Positions 1 to 13,018 of a DNA stretch of 64,000 bases are shown here, one piece after another (the first letter of the stretch is position 1; every line of letters starts with the position of its first letter). The stretch is from Torpedo marmorata. Lineage: Eukaryota. The stretch lies in NCBI GenBank assembly GCA_977017645.1, contig OZ360224.1, positions 30,628,001-30,692,000 on the forward strand, read 5' to 3'. A program made the translations under genes and the position numbers. The notes below the pieces were generated by a model that did not search any database, was not told the DNA's origin, and saw nothing but the letters and a program-made list of their open reading frames with translations.

Positions 1-1449
1 TGGAATTCAAGAAACCAATATGCAAATTATAAGATGCACTGAAGTAATATGCAATAGATACGAGTAATTTGGTAAAATCTTAAATATGGTAACACTGCTT
101 TCAAATGGAGAATACAGCTGAATTATATAGTTTGAAATTATATTTAACACTGCAAGCTTTGCAAAAGGCACAGCAAATGTATTTTTATTTGGAATTCTTT
201 AAACCTATTCATGCAAACCTGGTTATTTTGCTGCTAAGTTATTATTTTCACTTGGAAGACTTTCATTAAGCTGATATGCAATACTCCACAACATTTTGCA
301 TAAAGCAGTGCATTGTGAATCAATTACGTGACAAAGGACATGATTCCTGTTTTCTTTTATGTCGTTAACAAACTTGTTTCCTTATGATACTTTGAGACAA
401 AAAATATTTGAAGTATTATTTAGACCCTCCTTTAAAAAGGTCCAATATTTAAAACTGAAATTGGAGCTTAGCTACAATAAGTTTATCCTTAATTAAATCT
501 AAGGCACCACATTAGATTGAAGGAAATGAAAATTTTCTAAACTTTTATTTTCCTTTGCAAATGTTATTGTATTCTTCCAAGGACTCATCTTTTATATTCA
601 GTAACAGCAAACGTCTTAAAACAGAGCACTCATCCCTAAATGAATACACAACCCATGTTTCAAACAAAGCTGTTTTCTAAAGATTTACCTACACCTTGCC
701 CTCCTGTATTCCTTCCCCTATCGTATACTAATGTAATTTTTTTTTTCCGGTAACACTATCTCACGCACAGTTCTACAAATGCCAAGAGCTCACAAGTAAC
801 CTGCACACATTGCCATTGTTCATCCTGGACTTCGGCTGCGAGTTAGCAATCCAAATGTGGGAGAAAATCACGGTTGTGCAGAATCCCATTCTGTCTCAAT
901 GTCCACACACCTTTCTGGCACAGACTGCAAGAGTGAGATTTCTCTCCCTTGCCTAAGATCAAGTCAGCCAATCATAGCATCCCCAGTGCAACCCTGACTG
1001 TCAGGGAACTTAAGACCACAGTTACTGGTCAGCAATGGTACTATGCCATTCTGGAGAATTTATGAATGATTTAAGTGTTCTTAAGTTTAAAAAAAAAGAC
1101 AAGAATATGTTTGCAGAAAGAAACAACCAGGTGGAAGGATATACAAGGAGAAAAATCATAATTTCTGAGGACTCTGGGAAAGGACCTTATTCAATATTTA
1201 AAAAGTTTGCTATAATGTACAAAACTTAACACACAATTGGTTACTATTTTGAATTCTAACAGATGGTTGCAGAAATAGTCTACTAAGCAGACTCCACTTT
1301 AATTTTGTTGAGGTATTTCAACTTTCTATTGACAGTCAGTAATGTTCAGTTGACCAATGAACATTACAATTTAACCCAACCTACCCTGGAAAAAAACTTT
1401 ACCTACAAAATACCATTCAAAATAAGCCATTCTCAAATAAATATGTATA

Positions 1450-1791
1450 CAGGCAGTCCCCGGGTTACAAACGTCTGACTTACGGACAACTCATACTTAC
1501 GAACGGACTACACACGGCTTCCGGTGCGTCGGCTCGAGTAAGGAGAATGCCATCCGCCATTTTAAGTCGGATCACGTTGCCGTTAACACTGTGTTGAGTG
1601 TGCCTACTTCAAGAAATTGACTCCAGTAGTTTTATATGCATAGAAAGGTAAAATATATACTATATACTAAGACAAACATTTGACTAACTGACGCTAAATA
1701 AGAACTGTATGTACCTGCTCTGACTTACCTACAAATCTGACTTAAAGACAGACTTAGGAACGGATCTCGTTCGTAACCCGGGGACTGCCTG
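1450..1791. mobile_element. Non-autonomous Tc1/mariner (Tigger/pogo-like) MITE
   Basis: Terminal inverted repeats CAGGCAGTCCCCGGGTTAC / GTAACCCGGGGACTGCCTG, flanked by TA at 1448-1449 and 1792-1793; no transposase ORF. Confidence 0.9.
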
Positions 1792-2871
1792 TATTTGTTG
1801 TTTTACAGAATCTGTTAAAGTTTTTCCATATAAAATCTGCAAACACTAATTTCTCGCATTGATGAAAATCAAGGGAAATATAGAAAGGGAGAACCAAAGA
1901 AATTGTTTTTTTTTTTTTTTAAACAGCATATTGGAATAAACCAAACAAGAAAACTAATCCTAATATTTTGATGCATATATGCTAGTGCAGTACTCATGGC
2001 TTAACAGAATGGCTTAAAGTTTTATTCACCTGTTGAACAAGACAGCTGACTATAACTCAATGACTATCCTTTTACTGGAGTGAATACATTTAAACAAAAA
2101 GACAAGCTTTCTTTTGAACCAAACAAGTAAAACAAGCTGCTCAATGAGTTCTTATCCGATTGTTTTAATCTATCTTATATACATCCTTCGAAAAGGATAC
2201 CATCTCTAACAAAAATACTTGCTTTGAAATCGTGGTTGTAACTTCCAGAATTATAATGACCTATCTCCTATATCAGTGAGCAAGTGTCTGGTTGAGCACA
2301 AATCGCAAGGTTCTGGTCAGGCTACAAAAACAACCAACATTTTACTTATGTTACATTAACAAATCCTTTGTAGATCCTCTGCCAATCGTAATTTAGAGAA
2401 TGTAAACAATTACAGTACTGTTAACTCCATCTGGCCTGGCTGTAAGCCCATCCAATGCTCCATGCTAAGAAAAAAATAAAGTGCAATTTGTACAACTTGT
2501 TATCTTCTATCACAGTTCATTCTGTTACGTGGACGTAGTTTCAAACTTAAACCCCACTCCACTAAAATCCAAAGGGGTATTATTTTGTGGTAGCTAATTA
2601 TAAAATAAAAGGAAACTTTAGAAAGGCTAATTGAGAGCAAATCTGTAATCTTCTCTTGGACAAATCTGCACATACATTTCAGAGCCTTACTTTAGGATAG
2701 TATAAAATGAAAACATACAAGAATGGGTCTGTGATCCAATATTCCCAGAAAACACAGGAAATAAATGATTGTGGGTTGAGTGCATTGTAGTACTGTTCCC
2801 TGCATACTGGATCACCCCATATGTTTCATCAATGACTTTATTATTTCAGATTCAGCTTTCTAATATAACTG

Positions 2872-3005
2872 NNNNNNNNNNNNNNNNNNNNNNNNNNNNN
2901 NNNNNNNNNNNNNNNNNNNNNNNNNNNNNNNNNNNNNNNNNNNNNNNNNNNNNNNNNNNNNNNNNNNNNNNNNNNNNNNNNNNNNNNNNNNNNNNNNNNN
3001 NNNNN
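2872..3005. other. Assembly gap (run of N) downstream of the MAP3K7 stop codon
   Basis: N run seen directly. Confidence 1.
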
Positions 3006-3187
3006 ACACATACCATCCATATCAGAGAACAACAAAATGACTGTAGTGGCATCAGCTTTGAAAAAAGCTATCAAGATACTGTTTTTTCAGCTTATAAAAA
3101 CTTCTGTAATTTAAAAAAAGGTAGTTTTCCTTCTGTCGGACAAACTGGTTGTGCAATACGAGTTTAGAATAGCTATGCTCAATGCAC

Positions 3188-3193
3188 TTTATT
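3188..3193 (-). promoter_or_regulatory. Candidate proximal polyadenylation signal (AATAAA) of MAP3K7; more distal candidates near 2021, 545 and 184
   Basis: TTTATT on + strand = AATAAA on gene strand, about 650 nt after the stop; usage cannot be determined from sequence. Confidence 0.35.
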
Positions 3194-3835
3194 TGATTTA
3201 CATTATAAATACCTCAGAGATTAATACTATTGGATGCTTTCAGAACTTTCAAAAATATCCAGCCAGAGGACCCTTTTTTTAATTAGCATAGAGCTCTGGA
3301 CAGCTACAGTTACTGTAGATCTGCCCCAATTAAAGGATATTATAGTTAACGTATGGTGACCAGAGGAAAATGCTGCTAGCCTCCAAGGCACATTAGCATC
3401 CAGCATTATGAGCAATTAAGTCCATAACAGGCAAGAATTATCAGTAGGGCCCAACCATCAGTTTGTTTTGGTTTAGATATTCCCTTCCCTTCTTGTAACA
3501 TGTTAACTGAATTGCAGTTTCTTACAAATAATTTATTGCCAAAATTTTATCTAAAACATCTCTCAAATCTAATTGGTGATTGAACTAAAATATGCATGGA
3601 ATGAAATTAAATACTATCCTATTTAAAAAAAAATCAACTAAAGACAATGTTTTTCTGATGTACAAGGCTGCAATGGAGATGCACAGAAATCCACTTCCAG
3701 AACACAACAGAGAGGCCTGAACACTGAATTAAGTTATCCATAGCAGGTCATCTCCCAATAAAATCAGTCTTTGTGTGACTAAGCAATAGTCTCGTGCATG
3801 TAGCATTGGTACAAGGGCCCACACATTCCATTGCC

Positions 3836-4016
3836 TCAGGATGTGCCCTGCCGCTTCTGCTGCTGGGCTCTTATGTATTCTAGCCGCTTCTTACATTCTT
3901 GATAGTATGTAGATAAGCTTTTGTTTTCTTCCAAAAGTTTCTTATGTTCTTGAACCAGTCGGGAGGTATTCTGTTGATCTTTTTCATCCTGGTCCAGTTC
4001 TGCTATTAATTCTTGC
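3836..4016 (-). CDS. MAP3K7: MAP3K7/TAK1 terminal coding exon (TAB2/TAB3-binding C-terminal coiled coil)
   Basis: Translates (K)[59 protein letters not shown], near-identical to the vertebrate TAK1 C-terminus; acceptor ttacag at 4017-4022; TGA at 3836-3838. Confidence 0.98.
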
Positions 4017-4529
4017 CTGTAATTTGCATCAATTTTTAAAATGTTACCTAACTTTGCACATGGTAACACCGGACTACAAAATATGCTCTGAATTAATGAG
4101 AGAGGATGCAGATGAAATTTACTGGGATGATATCAGGGAGAACATTCCAGAGTTTAGGATCTCAGCGACAGGAAATAAATGATTTGGAGGCATGGAAGAG
4201 GTCTGTCTGGTGCAGCACAAATATACCAGTCTACAGAGGAAGGCAAAGCCGTGAAGGTATTTCTCAAATAAAGACAAGAATTTCAAAATTGAGGGTTTGC
4301 TCAACCAGGTAAGCACGCTCAGGGTGAAGAACAAACAGAACTTTGTTTGGAAATAGGACCTATGAAAGTGGAAACAAGATGATTTCAACTTCATTCTCAG
4401 CTCATCATTCTCTCACCTGAAATTTCACTATACTCCCTTCAATTATTGAGTCCAGAGAGATACTGCATGTCTTTCAGACCACTGAGACCATGCTGAATCC
4501 TTTGAGCAGTATAGAGGATGTAGAAGTTC

Positions 4530-5905
4530 CCTCAAGAGGGAAATAAGGATGGCAAAAGAGGGTGTGCGAGATGTATCAGGCAGATAAGGTTAAAGAGAAT
4601 CCAAAGAGATTCCATAAGAATATTAAAGGTAAAAGTAACTAGGATAGAGAATAGGGCTCTTAAAGGTCAACAAGGTCATCTATGTGTGGAGCCACAGGAA
4701 ATGGCTGAGTTCCTAAACAAGTATTTCTCATCTGTATTTACTGTGGAGAAAGACATGGAGGCTAGGAAACTTGGGGAAGTAAACAGCGATGTCTTGAAGA
4801 GAATCCACATTACAGAAGAGGAGGCGCTGGAGATAAATTAACTGGGGCTTGATGAAATGTATCCTAGAAAATCTGGGTATCTAGGGAAACAAATTACAGG
4901 AGGCCAATCAGAGATATTTCAATCATTATTAGACACGAGTGAGGTGTCTGAAGAATTGAGGTTTGCTCATATTGTGCCTCTCTTTACAATAGGCTGCAAG
5001 TACAAGCCAGGGAACCACAGACTGATGAGTTTAAAGTCAGTCACGGGCAAGTTACTGGTGGGGATCTACATGTATTGGAAAGATAAGGATTAATTAGGGA
5101 TAGTCAGTGTGTTTTTGTGTGTGGGAAATAGTGTTTTAATTTGTTTTTTGAAGAATTGACCAAGAATGTTGATGAGCACTAGACGTTGTTTACATGGACT
5201 TGAGCAAGGCCTTTGACAGGGTCCTGCATGATATGCTGGTGCAGAAGATCAGATCCAGGGTGAACTGAATAACTGGATACAAGATTGGCTTGATGGTAGG
5301 AGATTGAGGGTGATGGTAGACGGTTGTTCCTTGCATTGGAGGCCTGTGACCAGGGGGTGTGCCGCAGGGATTGGTGCTGGGTTCACTGTTGCCTTTCATC
5401 GATGTTAAAAACGTGGATGACAATGAAATTAGCATAATTAATGTTTACAGATTACACCCAAATTCGTGGTATTGTTGACAGTGAAGAAGGTTATCTCGGA
5501 TTACATCAAGATCGATGAACTGGGAAAATGGGCCAATGAATAGTAGATGGAATTTAACTTGGACCAGTGCGAGGTATTGCACTTTGGCAGTTTAAACCAG
5601 GGCAGGACTTACATGGTGAATGGTAGGGCCCTGGACAGTATTGCAGAACAGAGAGACTTAGGGATACAGGTACATAGTTCCATGAAAGTGGCAACACAGG
5701 TAAACAGGATGGTGAAGAAGGCATTTGGCACGCTCACCTTCATCCATCAGGGCATTGAGTGCAAGAGCAGGGAGGTTATAACATTTGTGAGTCTGCACTT
5801 GGAGTATTGTGCAGTTTTGGTCATCCAGTTATAGGAAAGATATAATTCAGCTCAAAGGGTGAATAAAAGATTCACGAGAATATTACTGGAACTGGCGGAC
5901 TTGAA
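4530..5905 (+). mobile_element. Degenerate CR1 LINE ORF2 fragment
   Basis: Broken RT-like frames (IVPLF..KPGNHR, DLSKAFD, GVPQG, MEFNLDQCEVLHFG) with many stops and frameshifts; ends approximate. Confidence 0.85.
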
Positions 5906-6481
5906 TTTAAATAATTTGCTTTTCAAAATTCCTTCCAAAGTGGAAAACCTCACACTTTCCCTCACTATAATCCTATAATTATTTTGCCCCCACACTCAAC
6001 GCATTTACATTGCAGGGTGACACTGCTATTCCTTGGTCATGGTCAATATCCCTGGGTTAATACAACTGCGGCAACACCATTACTACAATAATGGGTTTCT
6101 TTCATAATTGCTATTTTTGTCCTCGGTGAGAATTTATGTGTTAGAGGGTTGCTCTTGAAGTAACTTTGATGAACTCTGGAAAAGAGGCAAGCCCCTGGAT
6201 TTGGAAATGATTGAAGTATTCAATCTCTCCCTTGCTCTTGTGGCTTGTCTGCCACTTACTTCTCAAGACACCCAGATTAGCCTTGATGACAACATCCTAA
6301 GAACAAAGGAAAAACTGGCAGACACATGTAACAAGTTATTTTCTTCTTGTCACTCTTTCTCTTGGATATGCTCTGAAATAATACAGCATTATCAGATCTT
6401 CCAACAACAAAAAACCTGCAGGTTTGACGTTTTAATTTAAACTCCTTGTACAACAAGGAAAATACAAATAACTCTCACTTA

Positions 6482-6640
<159 letters not shown>

Positions 6641-7315
6641 TCATGTCTTAATAATCAAATTAAAATTGATTAAAAAAATCAATCAAAAACATATTTTGAA
6701 AACTAAATACTGTAGGCGGGTTTATCCAGATTACTAGAAAATAATGGATTTTCAGGCTTATATGGGGGTTATATTCAAAGAACATTGTGGAAGAACGGAT
6801 AAGAACAAGGCAACATTTACTAAATTATTAACTACATCAGTACACAGGCATAGATGTGGAAAAAGCACCAGCCAATTTTGTGGAAGTGGAAGGATAACTT
6901 CACATAATTTCAAACCTAATCAGTCAATAAACAAAACTATATTCCTGCTCCCAGTATCAGGTATTTCCATGGAAGCAAACACATGAAACTGAAACATTAG
7001 CTTGAATTCTTTCTCCACAGATAATGCTTGACCAGCTCAGCAATTCCAGCATTTTCTGTCCTTATTGCCAAGTTAACAGCTGAAACAAGTGCTTGACGAA
7101 TTCCCCTTATCTGCAGTCACCAACATTTCAAAAGTGGACACAGGCCACTTAGAGAATGTAAAGCTTTATCTTTATGTTATAAGAACATGTATCCAACTGT
7201 ATATTCACTGCATGAACTAGTACATAATATTTCCTTGAGAGAATCATTCCAAACATAAGTACCAGCCGTTCAAATAAACTTCACAATGAGTATTTCTCAG
7301 TATTTAAAATAATCA

Positions 7316-7435
<120 letters not shown>

Positions 7436-8282
7436 TTAACTCAAATTATTAGGTTACATATATTTTGTTATGTTTATTTATGGGAACTGACTTCAAATCT
7501 TGTCAAAGTCCAGCTGTCTGAGGGCAGCTGCTTGCTTAGTCTGGTAAAGAACATCATTTATAAAGCAAGTTCAACAGACCAGCTGTTTGTTCAAGTGGAT
7601 TTCTGCTATCTATAGATTCAATGAGGAGAAATTTTTCCTCGTATGTTTTCTTCATTACTTAAGCTTTACCTTGGGACTTCACATTTCAGAAGAGATGCAC
7701 ACATGATGGTGTAACAGGAAATCATAATTCACAACTTTTGCATGTAAGTAGGGGATGGACTTTTACTGACATAGGACATGATCTCGCTTTCAGATGGCAA
7801 TTCAGCAGCAGTGATGATTACCAGCAGGGAAGGGAATGAAACTGATCAAAATATCAAGCCATCAGCATACACTGACTTGTCTTAGATCAACATTGGTAAC
7901 ATTATTTCCTGTCCCTCTCCAAAGAGTTCATGATGTTGTGAGATTTAAAAATAAGATGACATTTAAAGTATGCAAAAATAGCTGTTAATAATCATCAATT
8001 ATTTCTTAAATCATTTCATGATTTCCACATCAGATTTGTGGCAGTTAACAAAAACTGCCTCAATTCAATGCCATCTTTTGGATCCAATTAACTACACCCA
8101 CTACAGCATGCAAGTTGAAGTTATGTTGCTATACAATTAAGAAATTATTTGAGTTGACTCGCTCACGATCATTTTGGCTGTGTAATTCACTATTCTATTC
8201 ATTTTCTTAAATATTTTCCAAAGTCAACTAAGATCACACAAGGAAAAATGATATCATCAGTATTTGAACTACAGTAGACTGG

Positions 8283-8540
8283 AAACAAACAGAAGACTGC
8301 AGATAATAGAATCTGAAGCTAAAAACAATCTGCTGGAGGAACTCAACAGGTTGAGCAGCATCAGTGGAAGAAAAAGAATGGTCAATGTTTTAGTCAGAAG
8401 CCCTTCATCAGGATTCAACCTTGGTCCAGTCTTGATGAGGGATTCCAGCCTAAAGCATCGACCACCACTCAACTTTCTGAATAGCTCCAGCAGATTGTGC
8501 TTAGTCTCTGAATTACAGTATCTTGCATTTAGCTTCTGGA
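8283..8540. repeat. Short quasi-palindromic repeat, probably Penelope-derived; relatives near 9205-9330, 14300-14460, 15040-15120, 15270-15330
   Basis: Shared motif CTGCAGAT..GAATCT..TGCTGGAGGAACTCA.CAGGT..AGCAGCATC and its reverse complement recur across the window. Confidence 0.6.
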
Positions 8541-9829
8541 CTGCCATTCATCTTTTTCATTCACTTTTCAGGATCTGGACATTGCTTAAAACATCAGCAT
8601 TTACTTACTCCCCAACCCAAAATGCCCAAGAACTGAGTGGTTTGCTGGGCCATTTGTGAATCTGGAGTCACATATAGACCAGCCACGATAAGGCTTGCAG
8701 ATTCTCCTCCCTGAAGGACAACAGCGAGCAACCTAGAACAACCTGGTAATTTTTGGCCATCATTATTTTGGTAAATGATTGAGCCAAGCTCTGGGATCAA
8801 AGCCTACTCCTGTTCCTAATTCATATGTATGCATCATTACTATTATGTAGTTTTTTTCCCCAAATGCCAGATTATTAACCAAATTTAAATTTCACAACTT
8901 TCCTGGTGAGATTTGAATTTTGGTCTCAGGATAATTGGTCTGGTAATTTAACTGTTGCACCAAAGTATATGCAGGGAAGGGGGCCTAATTAAACAAAAAG
9001 GCAATTTGGCACATAACTATTTAACTGCATACCTAAGCACATCACAAAACTTTCCTTTTTCTCTTTAATATTTTATAAATGAAAACTGATTGTGAAATTG
9101 AAATGGATAGATGATTTAAAAACAGCAATGCAGCAAGCCTCAATCGGAATATATTATCTGGTGTTTTCTATTGACCGATGTTTCCAGTATACAAACAACA
9201 GTTTATTCTGCTCAGGCCCGAAACCTTGGTTACCCTTTACTTTCGATAATGCTGCATGACCTGCTGAGTTTCTCCAGCACATTTGTGTATTGCACTACAA
9301 CCCAAGTGTCTGCAGACTTTCCTGTTAAACTTCAACAGCTTATTCCATCAGCTCTTGACGTAGTTAGCTTAATCAAGTGCCCAATAAAATGCTTGTGAAG
9401 CATCTCACCCTCCTACACAACAGGCCAGTAGCTTAATCGCAAACATCAAAAGTGTTTAAATTATTTTATAATCAAAAAGTAAAATACCAAGGATTTGAAT
9501 TTTTGATTGTTTCACAATTGTCAGAAACGTATCCAATGAACTGTAGAATCTACAAAAATATCAAAATTTATTTAAATTGTGAAAAAAATCTTAAATACGG
9601 TACATTTTTGGGTTTCAGAAAGAACAGATTTATTTTATTAGCTGAATTTTTGAGCAATGCTGGAGTTATATGCAGCCTGACAAGTGCTTGCCATTTCCCT
9701 CAGACACTGGTGTATTTGGGTAGAACTGACTGAATCAGCACAAAATATGGTACTGTATCAGTTAAAATAATAACCAAAAAAATAGGAGCAAGAACCATTT
9801 GGCACATCATGCCTTTTTAAATTAAAACA

Positions 9830-9918
9830 TTTTTTTAGACATACAGCACGGTAACAGGCCATTTTGGCCCATGAGCCCGTGCCATCCAATTACACCCAAT
9901 TAACCTACACCCCCGGTT
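9830..9918 (-). mobile_element. 3' part of a tRNA-derived V-SINE, cut off by the adjacent CR1
   Basis: Matches the 3' ends of the SINE copies at 15700-15950 and 45510-45779. Confidence 0.8.
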
Positions 9919-12900
9919 AATAGACAATAGACAATAGGAGCTGGAGTAGGCCCTTCGGCCCGTCGAGCCAGCACCGCCATTTTACAGATCATGGCTGATC
10001 ACTACTATCAGTACCCTTTACCAGCCTTATCGCCATAACCCTTAACTCCTCTGCCCACTAGAGTCTTATCTAACTCTCTTTTGAACATAATCAGCGAATC
10101 TGCCTCTACCACCCTCTGTGGCAGAGCATTCCACAGATTCACACTTCTCTGGGTAAAAAAATTTTTCCTCATCTCCGTCCTAAAGGGCCTTCCCTGTATT
10201 CTTAAACTATGCCCTCTAGTCCTCGTCTCTCCCATCATTGGGAACAAGTAATCTGACTTCACCCTGTCTATCCCCTTGATAATTTTGTATACCTCAATCA
10301 TGTCCCCCCTCATCCTTGTAAACTCCATCGGATATAAGTCCAGTTTTTCTAACCTTTCAGCATATGTCAACCCTGCCATCCCTGGAACTAACCTTGTAAA
10401 TCTGCGCTGCACACCCTCTATAGCTAGTATGTCCTTCCTCAAACTTGGAGACCAGAACTGGACGCAATACTCCAGGTGGGGTCTCACCAGGGCCCTGTAC
10501 AACTGCAGAAGGGCGTCTCTGCTCCTATACTCCAATCCCCTCTTTATGAAAGCCAACATGCCATTTGCCTTCTTCACAGCTTTCTGAACCTGCATGTTAG
10601 CCTTCAGTGACCGGTGAACAAGTACACCCAGATCCATCTGCACTTCCCCACTCCCTAGCTTGTCTCCATTTAAATAATACTCAGCCTTCCTATTACTGCC
10701 CCCAAAATGGATAACCTCACATTTGCTCACATTGAACTTCATCTTCCATTCTTCAGCCCACTCCCCCAACCTGTCCAAGTCCCTCTGCATTTTCCTGACA
10801 TCCTCTTCACACTTTACACCGCCACCCAGTTTAGTGTCATCTGCAAATTTGCTCATGTTATTAATAATCCCATCATCCAAATCATTTACATAAATGACAA
10901 ACAACGGAGGACCCAAAACCGATCCCTGCGGCACTCCACTCGTCACATCCTGCCATCCTGAAAAAGACCCGCTTACCCCAACCCTTTGTTTCCTATTTCT
11001 TAACCAACTTCCTATCCATGTCAGCACCTTACCTTCAATACCATGCTCCCTGATCTTGCCCACTAGTCTCCCGTGCGGTACCTTATCAAAGGCCTTCTGG
11101 AAGTCGAAATACACCACATCCACTGGCTCTCCCAAGTCCACCCTTTTTGTCACATCTTCAAAAAATTCCAGAAGGTTAGTCAAGCATGACTTACCCTTAA
11201 GGAATCCATGCTGACTAGCCCTTATACTATTTTTTCTGTCTAAGTGTTCTGCTATTACTCCTTTTATGATAGATTCCAATATCTTCCCCACCACTGACGT
11301 CAGGCTGACCGGTCTATAATTTCCCGTTTTCTCCCTCCCTCCCTTCTTAAAAAGCGGCACGACATCAGCCACTCTCCAATCCACAGGGACCTCCCCCGAA
11401 TCTATGGAGCTTTGGAAAATGTCGACCAGTGCCTCCACAATTTCCAGAGCAACCTCTTTAAGCACCCTGGGATGCAGCCCATCAGGCCCTGGGGATTTAT
11501 CAGCCCTCAGTCCCAACAATTTACTCACAACCTCCTGCTTCTGGATCCGAATATCTATCAGATTCCCTACTTCCCCAGGAAAGTTCCCCAAGTCTCTTGA
11601 TACTGCATGACCACTACCCCCTAACTGACCATAACCAATATCCTCCTTGGTGAAGACAGATGCAAAGTACTTGTTAAATTCCTCAGCCATTTCCTTGTTT
11701 CCAGTAATAATTCCACCCTTTTCCAATCTTAATGGCCCAATTTTAGACCGAACCAATTTCTTCCTCTTCACATATTTAAAAAAGCTTTTTCTATCCTCTA
11801 TTATATTACTTGCTAATTTCCTCTCGTACTTCATTTTCCCCTCTCGTATGACTTTCTTAGTTACCCTCTGATGCTCTTTGAAGGTTTCCCAATCCTCTAG
11901 CTTCCCACTCTGCTTCGCTATCTTATATTTACTCCCTTTGGACTTGATAATGCCCTTGATTTCATTAGTTAGCCACGGCTGCCATTTGCATCTCCTTGTG
12001 CCTTTCCTCCACTTTGGAATGAATTTGTCCTGAATCCTGTGAAAAATGTCCAAAAATACCTGCCATTTTTCCCCAGTTGTCCTCCCAGCTAGTGTATCTT
12101 TCCATTTTATTTTGGCTAGCTCCTCCCTCATAGCTGCATAATCCCCTTTATTTAACCTCAGTATAGATGCTTCCGACTTCCTTTCTTTTTCCCTTTCCAA
12201 TTGCAAATCAAAAGTAACCATACCATGGTCACTATTCCCTAATGGCACCCCTACTTCGAGGTCACTAATTAACTCTGCGTCGCTGCACAGCACCAAGTCC
12301 AGAATCGACTTCCCTCTGGTAGGTTCCTCCACTAGCTGCTCCATGAATGTGTCTCGTAGACATTCTATAAACTCACTCTCTTGTTTTCCTGCCCCCATCT
12401 GATTTTCCCAGTCCACCTTCATGTTGAAGTCCCCCATAACTACCGTATTGCTACCACTTTGACATGCCACTCTTAATTCCTGATTTATACTACTTCCTAT
12501 ATCTGAGCTACTTTTTGGAGGCCTGTAAATGACCCCCATTATGGTCTTCATGCCTTTGCAATTTCTTAATTCAATCCAAACAGACTCTACCCCACCTGTT
12601 TCAATGTCTTTCCTTTCAAACGCCTGAACTTCATTACTTACCAACAGAGCTACCCCACCACCTCTTCCTAACTTTCGGTCCTTTCTGTAGGACGTGTACC
12701 CTGGAACATTTATTTCCCAATCCTGTCCCTCCTGCAGCCATGTCTCCGTAACTCCGATAATGTCATAACCTCCCATTGCCATTTGCGCCTCAAGCTCATC
12801 CATTTTATTCCTTACACTCCGGGCATTCATATACAATACCTTGATACCATATCTCCCTTCTTCCTCCACCTTTGTTCCTGATGCACTTGCCCCTACTCTC

Positions 12901-13018
12901 CTATCACTTTTAGTTCCCTTTTTCCTTATGGTTTCACCGTCTATCGGATCCACCCCTATATTCACTCTCCTATCTGCTTCCCTATCAGTCCCGTTCCCTT
13001 CCCCCTGCCAAATTAGTT
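9919..13018 (-). mobile_element. Young CR1 LINE, 5'-truncated, with uninterrupted ORF2 (APE endonuclease + reverse transcriptase)
   Basis: About 1000 open codons (stop at 10008): YMNARS, GVTETWL, GDFN, SDH (endonuclease); PQGSVLGP, FADD (RT); short 3' UTR and (TATTGTC)n tail at 9919-9936. Confidence 0.95.

Noticed and set aside
2769-3167. ORFs spanning the N run
   Set aside because: Artefacts of the assembly gap
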